From assembly GCF_003334765.1 (NCBI RefSeq), contig NZ_QOWT01000002.1: DNA of 64,000 bases; one strand, written 5' to 3'. Source of the DNA: Escherichia coli. Its GTDB lineage: Bacteria; Pseudomonadota; Gammaproteobacteria; Enterobacterales; Enterobacteriaceae. Shown in pieces: positions 27,775 to 41,309 of the stretch; the stretch's first letter is position 1, and each line of letters opens with the position of its first letter. The notes under the pieces were generated by a model, which ran no database searches, was not told the DNA's origin, and saw only the letters and a program-made list of their open reading frames with translations. The position numbers were made by a program, and so were the translations under genes.

Positions 27775-27791
27775 CTTAAGGTTAAGTTAAT
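27775..27791 (+). promoter_or_regulatory. PmrA (BasR) box upstream of arnB
   Basis: CTTAAG-gttaa-GTTAAT direct repeat of hexamer half-sites with 5-bp spacer, about 80 bp upstream of arnB start, in the ais/arnB divergent intergenic region. Confidence 0.6.
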
Positions 27792-27871
27792 ATTCTATCC
27801 TTAAAATTTCGCTCCAAATGGCAAAATATACACAACACTCTTTATAGCAAATATAAGTGGACAGGTATTCA

Positions 27872-29029
27872 ATGGCGGAAGGAAAAGCAATGTCAGAATT
27901 TTTGCCTTTTTCGCGACCAGCAATGGGCGTGGAGGAACTCGCTGCAGTTAAAGAGGTTCTCGAATCCGGTTGGATCACAACCGGTCCGAAGAATCAGGCG
28001 CTTGAGCAAGCTTTTTGCCAGTTGACGGGAAATCAGCATGCCATCGCGGTCAGTTCAGCCACCGCCGGAATGCATATCACGCTAATGGCGTTGAAAATTG
28101 GCAAGGGCGATGAAGTGATTACGCCTTCCCTGACCTGGGTTTCAACCCTCAATATGATTTCCTTGTTGGGTGCAACGCCGGTAATGGTGGATGTCGACCG
28201 CGATACGCTGATGGTCACGCCTGAAGCTATCGAGTCAGCCATTACGCCACGCACTAAAGCCATCATTCCGGTGCATTATGCCGGTGCGCCAGCAGATATT
28301 GACGCCATTCGCGCCATTGGCGAACGTTACGGCATCGCAGTTATCGAAGATGCTGCCCATGCCGTCGGTACGTATTACAAAGGGCGACATATTGGCGCAA
28401 AAGGTACCGCTATTTTTTCATTTCATGCCATTAAAAATATTACCTGTGCTGAAGGTGGCCTGATTGTAACTGATAATGAAAACCTTGCCCGCCAGCTACG
28501 GATGCTGAAATTTCACGGTCTGGGTGTCGATGCCTATGACAGACAAACCTGGGGCCGTGCACCGCAGGCTGAAGTCTTAACACCGGGCTATAAGTACAAT
28601 CTGACCGATATTAACGCCGCGATTGCCCTGACACAGTTAGTCAAATTAGAGCACCTCAACACCCGTCGGCGCGAAATTGCCCAGCAATATCAGCAAGCAC
28701 TGGCAGCTCTCCCCTTTCAGCCATTAAGCCTTCCCGCCTGGCCGCACGTTCACGCCTGGCATCTGTTTATTATTCGTGTCGATGAACAACGTTGTGGTAT
28801 CAGTCGCGATGCGTTGATGGAAGCGTTAAAAGAAAGAGGCATTGGTACCGGGTTACATTTCCGCGCCGCTCACACACAAAAATATTATCGCGAGCGTTTT
28901 CCCACGCTGTCGTTACCGAATACCGAATGGAATAGCGAACGCATCTGTTCTTTGCCGCTGTTCCCGGATATGACTACCGCCGATGCCGACCATGTCATCA
29001 CAGCCCTTCAGCAACTCGCAGGACAATAA
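27872..29029 (+). CDS. arnB: UDP-4-amino-4-deoxy-L-arabinose--oxoglutarate aminotransferase (385 aa)
   Basis: [42 protein letters not shown]...; DegT/AHBA-synthase family. Start ambiguous between ATG 27872 and ATG 27890 (the latter has the stronger GGAAGGA SD). Confidence 0.93.
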   Translation: MAEGKAMSEFLPFSRPAMGVEELAAVKEVLESGWITTGPKNQALEQAFCQLTGNQHAIAVSSATAGMHITLMALKIGKGDEVITPSLTWVSTLNMISLLGATPVMVDVDRDTLMVTPEAIESAITPRTKAIIPVHYAGAPADIDAIRAIGERYGIAVIEDAAHAVGTYYKGRHIGAKGTAIFSFHAIKNITCAEGGLIVTDNENLARQLRMLKFHGLGVDAYDRQTWGRAPQAEVLTPGYKYNLTDINAAIALTQLVKLEHLNTRRREIAQQYQQALAALPFQPLSLPAWPHVHAWHLFIIRVDEQRCGISRDALMEALKERGIGTGLHFRAAHTQKYYRERFPTLSLPNTEWNSERICSLPLFPDMTTADADHVITALQQLAGQ

Positions 29030-30000
<971 letters not shown>

Positions 30001-30001
<1 letters not shown>

Positions 30002-31983
30002 TGAAAACCGTCGTTTTTGCCTACCACGATATGGGATGCCTCGGTATTGAAGCCCTGCTGGCTGCCGGTTACGAAATTAGCGCCATTTTTACCCATACTG
30101 ATAATCCCGGTGAAAAAGCCTTTTATGGTTCGGTGGCTCGTCTGGCGGCGGAAAGAGGCATTCCGGTTTATGCGCCGGATAACGTTAATCATCCGCTGTG
30201 GGTGGAACGCATTGCCCAACTGTCGCCAGATGTGATTTTCTCTTTTTATTATCGCCATCTTATTTACGACGAAATTTTGCAGCTCGCTCCCGCAGGTGCA
30301 TTTAATCTGCATGGTTCGCTGTTACCAAAATATCGTGGTCGCGCGCCGCTGAACTGGGTGCTGGTCAACGGTGAAACGGAAACTGGCGTTACATTGCACC
30401 GAATGGTGAAACGTGCCGATGCCGGGGCCATTGTGGCGCAACTGCGCATTGCCATTGCGCCAGACGATATCGCTATTACGCTGCATCATAAATTGTGCCA
30501 TGCCGCGCGCCAGCTACTGGAACAGACATTACCCGCCATTAAACACGGTAATATTCTGGAAATCGCCCAGCGCGAAAACGAAGCCACCTGTTTTGGTCGC
30601 AGAACGCCGGATGACAGTTTCCTTGAATGGCATAAACCGGCATCCGTACTGCACAACATGGTACGTGCCGTTGCCGATCCGTGGCCGGGTGCCTTCAGCT
30701 ATGTTGGCAATCAGAAATTCACCGTCTGGTCGTCGCGTGTTCATCCTCATGCCAGCAAAGCACAGCCGGGGAGCGTGATTTCTGTTGCGCCACTGCTGAT
30801 TGCCTGTGGCGATGGCGCGCTGGAAATCGTCACCGGACAGGCGGGCGACGGCATTACTATGCAGGGCTCGCAATTAGCGCAGACGCTGGGCCTGGTGCAA
30901 GGTTCACGCTTGAATAGCCAGCCTGCCTGCACCGCCCGACGCCGTACCCGGGTACTCATCCTCGGGGTGAATGGCTTTATTGGCAACCATCTGACAGAAC
31001 GCCTGCTGCGCGAAGATCATTATGAAGTTTACGGTCTGGATATTGGCAGCGATGCGATAAGCCGTTTTCTGAATCATCCGCATTTTCACTTTGTTGAAGG
31101 CGATATCAGTATTCATTCCGAATGGATTGAGTATCATGTCAAAAAATGTGATGTCGTCTTGCCGCTGGTGGCGATAGCCACGCCGATTGAATATACCCGC
31201 AACCCGCTGCGCGTATTTGAACTCGATTTTGAAGAGAATCTGCGCATTATCCGCTACTGCGTGAAGTACCGTAAGCGAATCATCTTCCCGTCAACTTCAG
31301 AAGTTTATGGGATGTGTAGCGATAAATACTTCGATGAGGACCATTCTAATTTAATCGTCGGCCCGGTGAATAAACCACGCTGGATTTATTCGGTATCAAA
31401 ACAATTACTTGATCGGGTGATCTGGGCCTATGGCGAAAAAGAGGGTTTACAGTTCACCCTCTTCCGCCCGTTTAACTGGATGGGACCACGACTGGATAAC
31501 CTTAATGCAGCGCGAATTGGCAGCTCCCGCGCTATTACGCAACTCATTCTCAATCTGGTAGAAGGTTCACCGATTAAGCTGATTGATGGCGGAAAACAAA
31601 AACGCTGCTTTACTGATATTCGCGATGGTATCGAGGCGTTATACCGCATTATCGAAAATGCGGGAAATCGCTGCGACGGTGAAATTATCAACATTGGCAA
31701 TCCTGAGAACGAAGCGAGCATTGAGGAACTGGGCGAGATGCTGCTGGCGAGCTTCGAAAAACATCCGCTGCGCCATCATTTCCCACCGTTTGCGGGCTTT
31801 CGCGTTGTCGAAAGTAGCAGCTACTACGGCAAAGGATATCAGGACGTAGAGCATCGTAAACCGAGCATCCGCAATGCCCACCGCTGCCTGGACTGGGAGC
31901 CGAAAATTGATATGCAGGAAACCATCGACGAAACGCTGGATTTCTTCCTGCGCACCGTTGATCTTACGGATAAACCATCATGA
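30001..31983 (+). CDS. arnA: bifunctional UDP-glucuronic acid decarboxylase / UDP-Ara4N formyltransferase (660 aa)
   Basis: Track ORF 30001..31983; N-terminal formyltransferase plus C-terminal SDR decarboxylase with [10 protein letters not shown] Rossmann motif; TAATG overlap with arnC. Confidence 0.96.
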
Positions 31984-32870
31984 CCAAAGTAGGCTTACGC
32001 ATTGATGTCGATACCTTTCGTGGCACCCGTGAAGGCGTGCCGCGTCTGCTGGAAATCTTGAGTAAGCATAATATTCAGGCCAGCATTTTTTTCAGCGTCG
32101 GCCCGGACAATATGGGCCGCCATCTCTGGCGACTGGTGAAGCCACAGTTTTTGTGGAAGATGCTGCGCTCAAACGCGGCATCGCTTTATGGCTGGGATAT
32201 TTTACTGGCAGGTACGGCCTGGCCAGGTAAAGAGATTGGTCATGCCAATGCCGATATCATTCGTGAAGCGGCTAAACATCACGAAGTCGGCCTGCACGCC
32301 TGGGATCACCATGCCTGGCAAGCCCGTAGCGGTAACTGGGATCGGCAAACAATGATCGACGATATTGCACGCGGTCTTCGCACTCTGGAAGAGATTATCG
32401 GTCAACCGGTAACCTGTTCTGCCGCTGCGGGCTGGCGTGCCGACCAGAAGGTGATCGAAGCAAAAGAAGCGTTCCATTTGCGCTACAACAGCGATTGTCG
32501 TGGGGCCATGCCGTTCCGTCCATTGCTCGAATCAGGAAACCCTGGCACTGCGCAAATTCCGGTGACCTTACCCACCTGGGATGAAGTGATTGGTCGGGAT
32601 GTGAAAGCAGAAGATTTTAACGGTTGGTTACTCAACCGCATCCTGCGAGATAAAGGCACGCCGGTTTATACCATTCATGCAGAAGTTGAAGGCTGCGCTT
32701 ATCAGCATAATTTTGTGGATCTCCTCAAACGCGCAGCTCAGGAAGGCGTGACATTTTGCCCTTTAAGCGAACTGTTATCAGAGACGTTGCCGCTCGGACA
32801 AGTTGTTCGCGGAAATATTGCCGGACGTGAAGGCTGGCTGGGTTGCCAACAAATTGCGGGTAGTCGCTGA
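31980..32870 (+). CDS. arnD: 4-deoxy-4-formamido-L-arabinose-phosphoundecaprenol deformylase (296 aa)
   Basis: Track ORF 31980..32870; polysaccharide-deacetylase-like; ATGA overlap with arnA. Confidence 0.94.
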
Positions 32871-34522
32871 TGAAATCGGTACGTTACCTTATCGGCCTCT
32901 TCGCGTTTATTGCCTGCTATTACCTGTTACCGATCAGCACGCGTCTGCTCTGGCAACCCGATGAAACGCGTTATGCGGAAATCAGTCGAGAAATGCTGGC
33001 ATCCGGCGACTGGATTGTGCCCCATCTGTTAGGGCTACGTTATTTCGAAAAACCCATTGCCGGATACTGGATTAACAGCATTGGGCAATGGCTATTTGGC
33101 GCGAATAACTTTGGTGTGCGGGCAGGCGTTATCTTTGCGACCCTGTTAACTGCCGCGCTGGTGACCTGGTTTACTCTGCGCTTATGGCGCGATAAACGTC
33201 TGGCTCTACTCGCCACAGTAATTTATCTCTCATTGTTTATTGTCTATGCCATCGGCACTTATGCCGTGCTCGATCCGTTTATTGCATTCTGGCTGGTGGC
33301 GGGAATGTGCAGCTTCTGGCTGGCAATGCAGGCACAGACGTGGAAAGGCAAAAGCGCAGGATTTTTACTGCTGGGAATCACCTGCGGCATGGGGGTGATG
33401 ACCAAAGGTTTTCTCGCCCTTGCCGTGCCGGTATTAAGCGTGCTGCCATGGGTAGCGACGCAAAAACGCTGGAAAGATCTCTTTATTTACGGCTGGCTGG
33501 CGGTTATCAGTTGCGTACTGACGGTTCTCCCTTGGGGACTGGCGATAGCGCAGCGGGAGCCTAACTTCTGGCACTATTTTTTCTGGGTTGAGCATATTCA
33601 ACGCTTTGCACTGGATGATGCCCAACATAGAGCTCCGTTCTGGTACTACGTGCCGGTCATCATTGCCGGTAGCCTGCCGTGGCTGGGATTACTCCCCGGT
33701 GCACTGTACACAGGCTGGAAAAACCGCAAGCATTCCGCAACCGTCTATTTGTTGAGCTGGACGATAATGCCGCTGCTGTTTTTCTCCGTCGCTAAAGGTA
33801 AATTGCCCACCTATATTCTTTCCTGCTTTGCATCTCTGGCAATGCTGATGGCGCATTACGCTTTGCTGGCAGCAAAAAATAATCCTCTGGCGCTGCGGAT
33901 TAATGGCTGGATTAACATCGCTTTTGGCGTCACTGGCATTATTGCCACATTTGTGGTCTCCCCGTGGGGACCAATGAACACGCCGGTGTGGCAAACCTTC
34001 GAGAGCTATAAAGTCTTTTGTGCCTGGTCGATTTTTTCGCTATGGGCATTTTTCGGCTGGTACACCTTAACAAACGTCGAAAAGACCTGGCCTTTTGCCG
34101 CGCTTTGCCCGCTGGGGCTGGCGTTGCTGGTAGGATTTTCAATTCCTGACAGAGTTATGGAAGGAAAACATCCGCAATTTTTTGTCGAGATGACACAAGA
34201 ATCACTTCAGCCAAGCCGCTATATTCTTACTGATAGCGTCGGTGTTGCCGCAGGTCTGGCATGGAGCCTGCAACGCGATGACATCATCATGTATCGCCAG
34301 ACAGGTGAGTTGAAATACGGCCTTAATTATCCGGATGCGAAAGGGAGATTTGTCAGCGGTGATGAGTTCGCAAACTGGCTTAATCAACATCGTCAGGAGG
34401 GGATTATTACTCTCGTGCTTTCGGTTGACCGCGATGAAGATATCAACAGTCTCGCCATTCCGCCCGCAGATGCCATCGATCGTCAGGAGCGTCTGGTGCT
34501 GATTCAGTATCGTCCCAAATGA
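32870..34522 (+). CDS. arnT: undecaprenyl-phosphate-alpha-L-Ara4N : lipid A arabinosyltransferase (550 aa)
   Basis: Track ORF 32870..34522; polytopic membrane glycosyltransferase; TGATG overlap with arnD. Confidence 0.95.
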
Positions 34523-34854
34523 TCTGGCTAACATTAGTCTTTGCCAGCTTGCTTAGCGTTGCCGGGCAGTTGTGTCAGAAACAGGCAACCTGCTTTGTGG
34601 CGATAAACAAACGGCGCAAACATATCGTGCTGTGGCTGGGACTGGCGCTGGCTTGTCTTGGTCTTGCCATGGTGCTCTGGCTGCTGGTCTTGCAGAACGT
34701 ACCGGTAGGCATTGCTTACCCGATGTTAAGTCTGAATTTTGTCTGGGTGACGCTGGCTGCAGTAAAACTGTGGCACGAACCGGTATCGCCGCGTCACTGG
34801 TGTGGGGTGGCGTTCATTATTGGCGGCATTGTGATCCTCGGGAGTACGGTGTAA
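34519..34854 (+). CDS. arnE: undecaprenyl-phosphate-Ara4N flippase subunit (111 aa)
   Basis: Track ORF 34519..34854; small 4-TM SMR-like protein; ATGA overlap with arnT. Confidence 0.9.
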
Positions 34855-35240
34855 TGGGCCTGATGTGGGGATTATTCAGCGTCATTATTGCCTCAGTTGC
34901 GCAATTAAGCCTGGGTTTTGCGGCGAGTCATCTGCCGCCGATGACGCACTTATGGGATTTTATCGCGGCTCTGTTAGCTTTTGGCCTGGATGCCCGGATA
35001 CTGTTACTCGGGCTGCTGGGTTATCTGCTTTCCGTTTTTTGTTGGTATAAAACGCTTCATAAACTTGCGCTAAGCAAAGCCTATGCCTTGCTCAGTATGA
35101 GTTATGTGCTGGTATGGATTGCTTCAATGGTACTTCCCGGCTGGGAAGGGACTTTTTCGCTGAAAGCACTACTGGGAGTAGCCTGTATTATGAGCGGGTT
35201 GATGCTGATTTTCCTGCCCACGACAAAACAACGTTACTGA
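34854..35240 (+). CDS. arnF: undecaprenyl-phosphate-Ara4N flippase subunit (128 aa)
   Basis: [36 protein letters not shown]...; ATG at 34854 overlaps arnE stop by 1 nt. Only the 3' part of track ORF 34572..35240 is real. Confidence 0.9.
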   Translation: MGLMWGLFSVIIASVAQLSLGFAASHLPPMTHLWDFIAALLAFGLDARILLLGLLGYLLSVFCWYKTLHKLALSKAYALLSMSYVLVWIASMVLPGWEGTFSLKALLGVACIMSGLMLIFLPTTKQRY

Positions 35241-35500
35241 GTTTTCCCTGCCACTTTACACTGCCGTTCCCACTCATCGGGGCTATAACTGCTTGCCGAG
35301 AGGACTTTCACCGTATGCAGCTTTTCACGATTAATACAATAAAGCGCATTCTGCAAAGGCGAGAGTAAATCCCCCACTTTCACGGCGAAGTCACTCTTCA
35401 CTTCGGCGATCATTTTTATCGCGCCGCCAGCATCGCAGAGCATAAGTACATGTCTGTTATCTTGTTTATTGCAGCACGATTTTTTGACCAGCCATTCCAT
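35234..35500 (-). CDS. pmrD: signal-transduction connector protein PmrD (88 aa)
   Basis: [46 protein letters not shown]...; ATG at 35500; its 3' end overlaps the arnF 3' end by 7 nt (convergent). Confidence 0.9.
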   Translation of the reverse strand: MEWLVKKSCCNKQDNRHVLMLCDAGGAIKMIAEVKSDFAVKVGDLLSPLQNALYCINREKLHTVKVLSASSYSPDEWERQCKVAGKTQ

Positions 35501-35609
35501 TGCATTATCCTGTTTGCTAAGAGTTTTCACATCAATTTACAGATTAACAGATAAACTCTTTATCAACGGCAATGGAATGGCAGAAATGAGAAGTGAAACG
35601 GAGGGTTAA

Positions 35610-36965
35610 TTATTGCTGACGTTGCACCCACTCTTTTAGCGCCTGACGTGAAATTTTAATACCGCCGTTTTTCAGCTCCGGCGGCAGAGTTAGCCAGCGC
35701 ACCGGTTGTTGAAAACGGGCCAGCTTATCTTTCACCCATTCACTAAGATCAACGCTCTCGTGGTCATACTCCATCACCGCCACCGGTCGATGACCAAACT
35801 CCTTGTCGGCAACGGGGACGATAAACACCTGCAAAACCGCAGGATGTGCAGCAATTACGCGCTCGACTTCTTCCGGCTGAATACCCTCTCCGCCACTGAA
35901 GAATAGATTGTCTAAACGTCCGACAATGGTCAGCTTGCCATTATGCATCTCACCGCGATCGCGCGTAGCGTACCAGCCTTCGTCATTAACCAGTGAAACC
36001 AGTTGCCCGTTACGCCAGTAACCTTCTGCCATACTGGCAGCCCGCAGCCACACTTCATTATTAACGATTTTCACTTCCCGACCCGGCAGCGGCGAACCAA
36101 CGTCTGCCAGGCCGTCGGCTTCTTTCGCACACACCGTGGAGGCAAACTCGGTCAGACCATAGCCGCAAAAGCAACGAATCCCCTGCTCGCGCGCCTGTTC
36201 CGTCAACTCGACCGGGATAGCCGCGCCGCCAAGTAACACCGCTTTCAGGGAAACGGAACTACGGTTAACCAGCAAACGCCAGAGTTGTGTTGGCACCAGT
36301 GAAGCGTGAGTACAGCCTGCCAGCATTTGCTCCAATGGCTGTTTATCACGTACCGTCATCCGCGCACCAGCGTATAACCAGCGCCACATAATTCCCTGAC
36401 CGGAGACGTGAAACAGCGGTAAAGAGAGCAACCAATCATCGTGATCGCCAAACGGAATCAGCGATAACACACCTTGCGCACTGGCAAGATGGGCCTGATA
36501 AGTATGGACAGCGGCTTTCGGCAAACCGGTAGAACCCGAGGTCAACGTCATTGAGCACAGACGCGTCGGCTGCCACGTAGCGGCATGTGCGCCTTCAACC
36601 AGCTGAATGTGCAGCGACGTTAATGCCGGAAACGTGTTTTCCCCATCCGGCACCAGAGCAAATTGCAGCGTCAGATTGGGCAGCAATTCTTCAAGCAACG
36701 GTTGCGGCAGCTGAGGGTTCACGGGCAACACCCGCGCCCCGCATTGCAGTAACGCCAGCCAGGCGAGCAGCGTTTGCGGCGTATTCCACGCCCGCAACAT
36801 CACGCCGCTGCCCTCAACCACCCCCTGCACCGCAAATCCGGAGGCTAATTCATCGACGCGAGCACAAAGCTCGCGCCAGTTGAGTTGCTCGTCATTAAGA
36901 CGTAAGGCGATGGTTTCTCCCCGCACTTGCCGCCAGTGACGCCACGGCCAGTCAGAGAAGATCAT
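35610..36965 (-). CDS. menE: o-succinylbenzoate--CoA ligase (451 aa)
   Basis: Track ORF 35610..36965; AMP-binding motif [15 protein letters not shown]. Confidence 0.95.
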
Positions 36966-37924
36966 AACAACCGCTCCAGTGCATCAACTTCCACGACAGG
37001 CAGCGTGCTACCCGGCCAGCGACGTACCTGCTGCGCCTGCATCAGATCCAGCGTGTCCAGCCCTGGAATGGTGTCCGGCGTTAACCAGGCGGCAATCCGC
37101 GCCAGTTGCGTTAAGCCTAAGCTCGATTCAATGGAAGAACTGATCACCGCCGTCAGCCCCAGCGCGTGCGCCGCCTGTACCTGCTCGCGTACTTTTTCCA
37201 GACTGCCCGTGAGCGTGGGTTTGATAACTACCGCGCGCACGCCCTCTTCAGCCACAAAGGCAAAATCCGGCTCGCGCAGGCTTTCATCCCAGGCAATGGC
37301 AATGCCGGTTTCACGGGCAAACGCTCGCGAATCATCGCGGGTTTTGCACGGCTCTTCGAGAAACGCGATGCGGTCGCGATAATCCGGGTTAACGTATTTG
37401 GCAAACTGCTGACCTTTCAGCGGTGTCCAGGCGCGATTTGCGTCAAGACGCAAATGCAGATCCGGAATTGCCTCCAGCAACAGATTCACCACCATGCCGT
37501 CGCGCACCGCTTCGTACAATCCCACTTTGACCTTCGCCACTTTCTCGCCTGGCATATCTGCAAGTTTGAGGATCAGATCGTCCGGATCGCCATTACACAG
37601 CGGTGCCGCACGGTAGTTGGCTGCTTGCGGCAACGTATCTGTCAGTTCTGCCAATGCACAGCTTACGCCAAAGGCCACGGAAGGCATCTGCGGTAGCTCG
37701 CAATCGCCTGCCAGCCAGTTATTTACCCAGGCAAGCAGCACACTTTGCGCCTCTTCCCAGGTTTCCTGACTGAAGCCCGGCAGTGGGGAGATCTCCCCCC
37801 ACCCTTCGCGCTCGCCTTCACGCAGGCAAACATACAGCCCGTCGCGGGTTTTTAACCGCCTGTCGCGCAGAACCACCCCCGCGTCCATGGGGATCTGCCA
37901 GCGGTATACCTGCGCGCTACGCAT
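36962..37924 (-). CDS. menC: o-succinylbenzoate synthase, enolase superfamily (320 aa)
   Basis: Track ORF 36962..37924; 4-nt overlap with menE. Confidence 0.95.
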
Positions 37925-38781
37925 TACGGATTCCGTTTGAATTTGCTGAAGTCAGGCTGACGTTTCTGGTTGAAGGCGTTGCGACCTTCCTGACCTTCTT
38001 CCGTCATGTAGAACAGCATGGTGGCGTTGCCCGCCAGCTCCTGCAGCCCCGCCTGCCCGTCACAGTCGGCGTTCAGTGCAGCTTTCAGGCAGCGCAGCGC
38101 CATCGGGCTGTTTTGCAGCATTTCGCGGCACCAACGGACGGTTTCTTTTTCCAGATCCGCCAGCGGTACCACGGTGTTCACAAGGCCCATATCCAGCGCC
38201 TGTTTTGCGTCGTACTGACGGCACAGGAACCAGATTTCACGCGCTTTTTTCTGCCCGACGATGCGAGCCATGTAGGAAGCGCCCCAGCCGCCGTCGAAGG
38301 AACCGACTTTCGGGCCAGTCTGACCGAAGATGGCATTATCTGCCGCGATAGTCAGGTCGCACATCATGTGCAGAACGTGACCGCCGCCGATGGAGTAGCC
38401 AGCCACCATCGCGACAACCGGTTTCGGACAGGTACGGATCTGACGCTGGAAGTCCAGCACATTCAGGTGATGTACGCCGGAATCATCTTTATAGCCGCCG
38501 TAATCACCACGCACTTTCTGGTCACCACCGGAGCAGAACGCTTTATCGCCTGCACCAGTCAGAATGATCACGCCGATGTTGTCGTCATAACGCGCATCTG
38601 CCAGCGCCTGGATCATCTCTTTTACCGTCAGAGGACGGAAGGCATTGCGCACCTGCGGACGATTAATGGTGATTTTTGCGATACCGTCGGTGGATTTTTC
38701 ATAACGAATGTCCTCGAAACCTTCGGAGCAGTCGTGCCATTCAACCGGTGCGTAAAGCATTGCTTCATCAGGATAAATCAT
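37924..38781 (-). CDS. menB: 1,4-dihydroxy-2-naphthoyl-CoA synthase, crotonase fold (285 aa)
   Basis: Track ORF 37924..38781; 1-nt overlap with menC. Confidence 0.96.
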
Positions 38782-38795
38782 ATTGTGTCCTTTAG

Positions 38796-39554
38796 TCAGA
38801 AACGCAAGATCTGCGCCAGACTTGCGATTACGCCAGCGGGATTTTCCCGATGCGCGTTATGTCCGGCGCGAGGAATGACATGGCAGTCGGCAGCCAGTTC
38901 CGCCGCCAGGGCGCGGAATTTGCTGTCACGTTCACCACATAAATAATAAAACGCAAATGTGCGGGCGCTAAGGTTAGCACGTAAATCAGGCTGGACGGCG
39001 AGAGAAGTCGCCTCCAGCATGGCGGCAAGCGTTGCGCCATTATTGTTGCTGCGCAGCGCCACCAGCTCCCGGCGTTGATCGTCATTGAGTGAGGCAAAAA
39101 CAGGCTGTTGATACCAGTCGGCAAATACCGCCGTTAACGGTTCTGTGAGAAAACGCTGCACCCATTGGCGATCGGAACGCTGACGTTCCGCACGTTGTTC
39201 AGCATTTTGCAGCCCCGGATGCCCGCCTTCGACAATAACCCCACAAAGCCCCGCCAGCCCCTGGCAAGCCGCCATCATCGCCACCCGTCCACCAAGCGAG
39301 TACCCCACCAGCCAGAAGTCAAGGATGTTGTAACTAACCAAGGTTTTACGCAGTAAGTCGGTGACATCATCAAATCCATCGACGCTAATCGCCGCCGAAC
39401 CACCGTGACCTGGGAGATCAACATACAACCGTGAGTAGTCGGCAAACGCCTCGCCCACTTCTTGCCATTCGTGGCAATCGCCGGAAAAACCGTGCAAAAA
39501 CACCAGCCAGGGTAAACCTGGTTTTCCGTGTTTTGCCTGCGCGTGCAGGATCAT
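38796..39554 (-). CDS. menH: SHCHC synthase, alpha/beta hydrolase (252 aa)
   Basis: Track ORF 38796..39554; GYSLGG nucleophile elbow. Confidence 0.93.
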
Positions 39555-41221
39555 AAATGGCTTACCTGCGCCAGAAGTTGCTGGAGCGTTTGCGCACCAT
39601 CGGTGTCGTTAACCACCATTTCAATCACCGTGGTGGTTGGCGTGCGCCAGGCGTCGGCAAATGCCGTTTCAAGTTCCTGCCAGTTTTGCGGACGATGATA
39701 TTTCAGCTCGAACATCGCGGCGGCGTGCTCAAAATGGACGTTTTGCGGCATCAGATAGAAACGCTCACGCTCGCTTTGCGGCGTTGGCAACAGCGAGAAA
39801 ATTTGCCCGCCGTTGTTGTTCACCACAATTAATACCAGCGGCGCAGAAACCTGACGCAATAACGCCAGCGCGTTGAGATCGTAAAGTGCGGAGAGATCGC
39901 CCACAATCGCCAGCGTCGGTTTGCCGCTTGCCCGCTGAACGCCGGCGGCGGTCGAAAGCAGCCCGTCGATACCGCTGGCCCCACGGTTGCTGTACACCGG
40001 GTAACCTGCCGGAAGTTGCGAAAGCGCATCAATCAGACGTACCACCAGGCTGTTACCAACAAACAATTGCCCCTGTTCAGGCAGATAGTCGCAGATGCGA
40101 TGCGCCAGTTGCGCTTCGCCAAACGCATCACGGCGGGCAATAACCGCCTGCATTGCCTGTTCCGCCAGGCGCGGGATTTCAACGCACCAGGGCTGGCGTT
40201 TTTCTGCCGGATGCAGCTCCAGCCAGTCGGCAATATTGGCAATTAAGCGACGTCCGCGATGGTGTGCCGGATCAAGTCGCCCTTCAATGTCATCAACAAT
40301 CCAGTACTCTTCTGGTTCACAGCTTGCCTGCCATTGCAGGAGCCGTTTCCCCGTCAGGCTGCTTCCCAGTTGCACCACAATTTGCGCCTGCTGCAGCTCG
40401 CTGGTCGCTTTGGCATTGCCTAACCAAAGATCGGCACACGGCAGCGGCTGCCCGGTTTGTGACAGCACATCGCCAATCAGCGGCCAGCCAAGAGTTTGCG
40501 CCCACAGGGCAACTTTTTTGCCCTCTTCCGCACTCATGCGCCCGGCAACCACCACGCCGCGCTTTTGTCGCCAGAAGAACCAGTCGCGCTGTTTTTCACT
40601 TTCCAGACGAGGCGCTTCACGCAGCCACGGTTTGTCGTCCTGCCACCAGTCACCCAGACGCTGTTGCCAGCTAAGCCCGGTATCGTCCATTTCGCCATAC
40701 AGCGGTTCAGCAAACGGGCAGTTGATATGGACTCCCCCCGCATGAAGCGTACCGAGAGCGTGGTCGATGGTAGAAACCAGCCAACGTGCGGGGATATCCT
40801 GGGTCGGGCGCGGCAATGAAATACTGTGCGTGGGGTGAGAGGCGAACATTCCCGGCTGGCGAATTGCCTGATTCGCGCCGCAGTCAATTAGCTCCGGCGG
40901 GCGATCGGCGGTTAAGAGAATCAGTTTTTCTCCGGTTAACCCGGCTTCAATCAGTGCTGGATAGAGATTTGCCACCGCCGTGCCGGAGGTCACAATCACC
41001 GCCACCGGCTGCTTGCTGACTTTCGCCAGCCCCAGCGCCAGATGCCCCAACCCACGCTCATCGAAATGGGTGTGGTGAATGAATGCGGAATTCTCCGCCG
41101 CCGCTAACGTTAACGGTGTAGAACGCGAGCCTGGGGCGATACAGATGTGTCTGACGCCGTGACGCGTTAATGCTTCCAGAATGACCGCCGCCCAGCGTCG
41201 GTTAAATGCGCTTACTGACAT
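39551..41221 (-). CDS. menD: SEPHCHC synthase, ThDP-dependent (556 aa)
   Basis: [37 protein letters not shown]...; ATG at 41221. The track ORF 39551..41572 is over-extended upstream. Confidence 0.95.
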   Translation of the reverse strand: MSVSAFNRRWAAVILEALTRHGVRHICIAPGSRSTPLTLAAAENSAFIHHTHFDERGLGHLALGLAKVSKQPVAVIVTSGTAVANLYPALIEAGLTGEKLILLTADRPPELIDCGANQAIRQPGMFASHPTHSISLPRPTQDIPARWLVSTIDHALGTLHAGGVHINCPFAEPLYGEMDDTGLSWQQRLGDWWQDDKPWLREAPRLESEKQRDWFFWRQKRGVVVAGRMSAEEGKKVALWAQTLGWPLIGDVLSQTGQPLPCADLWLGNAKATSELQQAQIVVQLGSSLTGKRLLQWQASCEPEEYWIVDDIEGRLDPAHHRGRRLIANIADWLELHPAEKRQPWCVEIPRLAEQAMQAVIARRDAFGEAQLAHRICDYLPEQGQLFVGNSLVVRLIDALSQLPAGYPVYSNRGASGIDGLLSTAAGVQRASGKPTLAIVGDLSALYDLNALALLRQVSAPLVLIVVNNNGGQIFSLLPTPQSERERFYLMPQNVHFEHAAAMFELKYHRPQNWQELETAFADAWRTPTTTVIEMVVNDTDGAQTLQQLLAQVSHL

Positions 41222-41309
41222 GAGTTTGTCCGGTATCAATATTGCGGCTAAGTATAAGGAGCTACAAAAATAGATTATTGATATGAATCGGTAATGATGC
41301 GACTCATTA

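Noticed and set aside
34572-34853. Upstream part of the 222-aa ORF 34572..35240
   Set aside because: Out of frame across arnE; only the part from ATG 34854 corresponds to ArnF (128 aa).
37783-38946. 387-aa + strand ORF
   Set aside because: Antisense to menC/menB/menH, which are confidently identified on the minus strand.
40095-40745. 216-aa and 173-aa + strand ORFs
   Set aside because: Antisense shadows inside menD.
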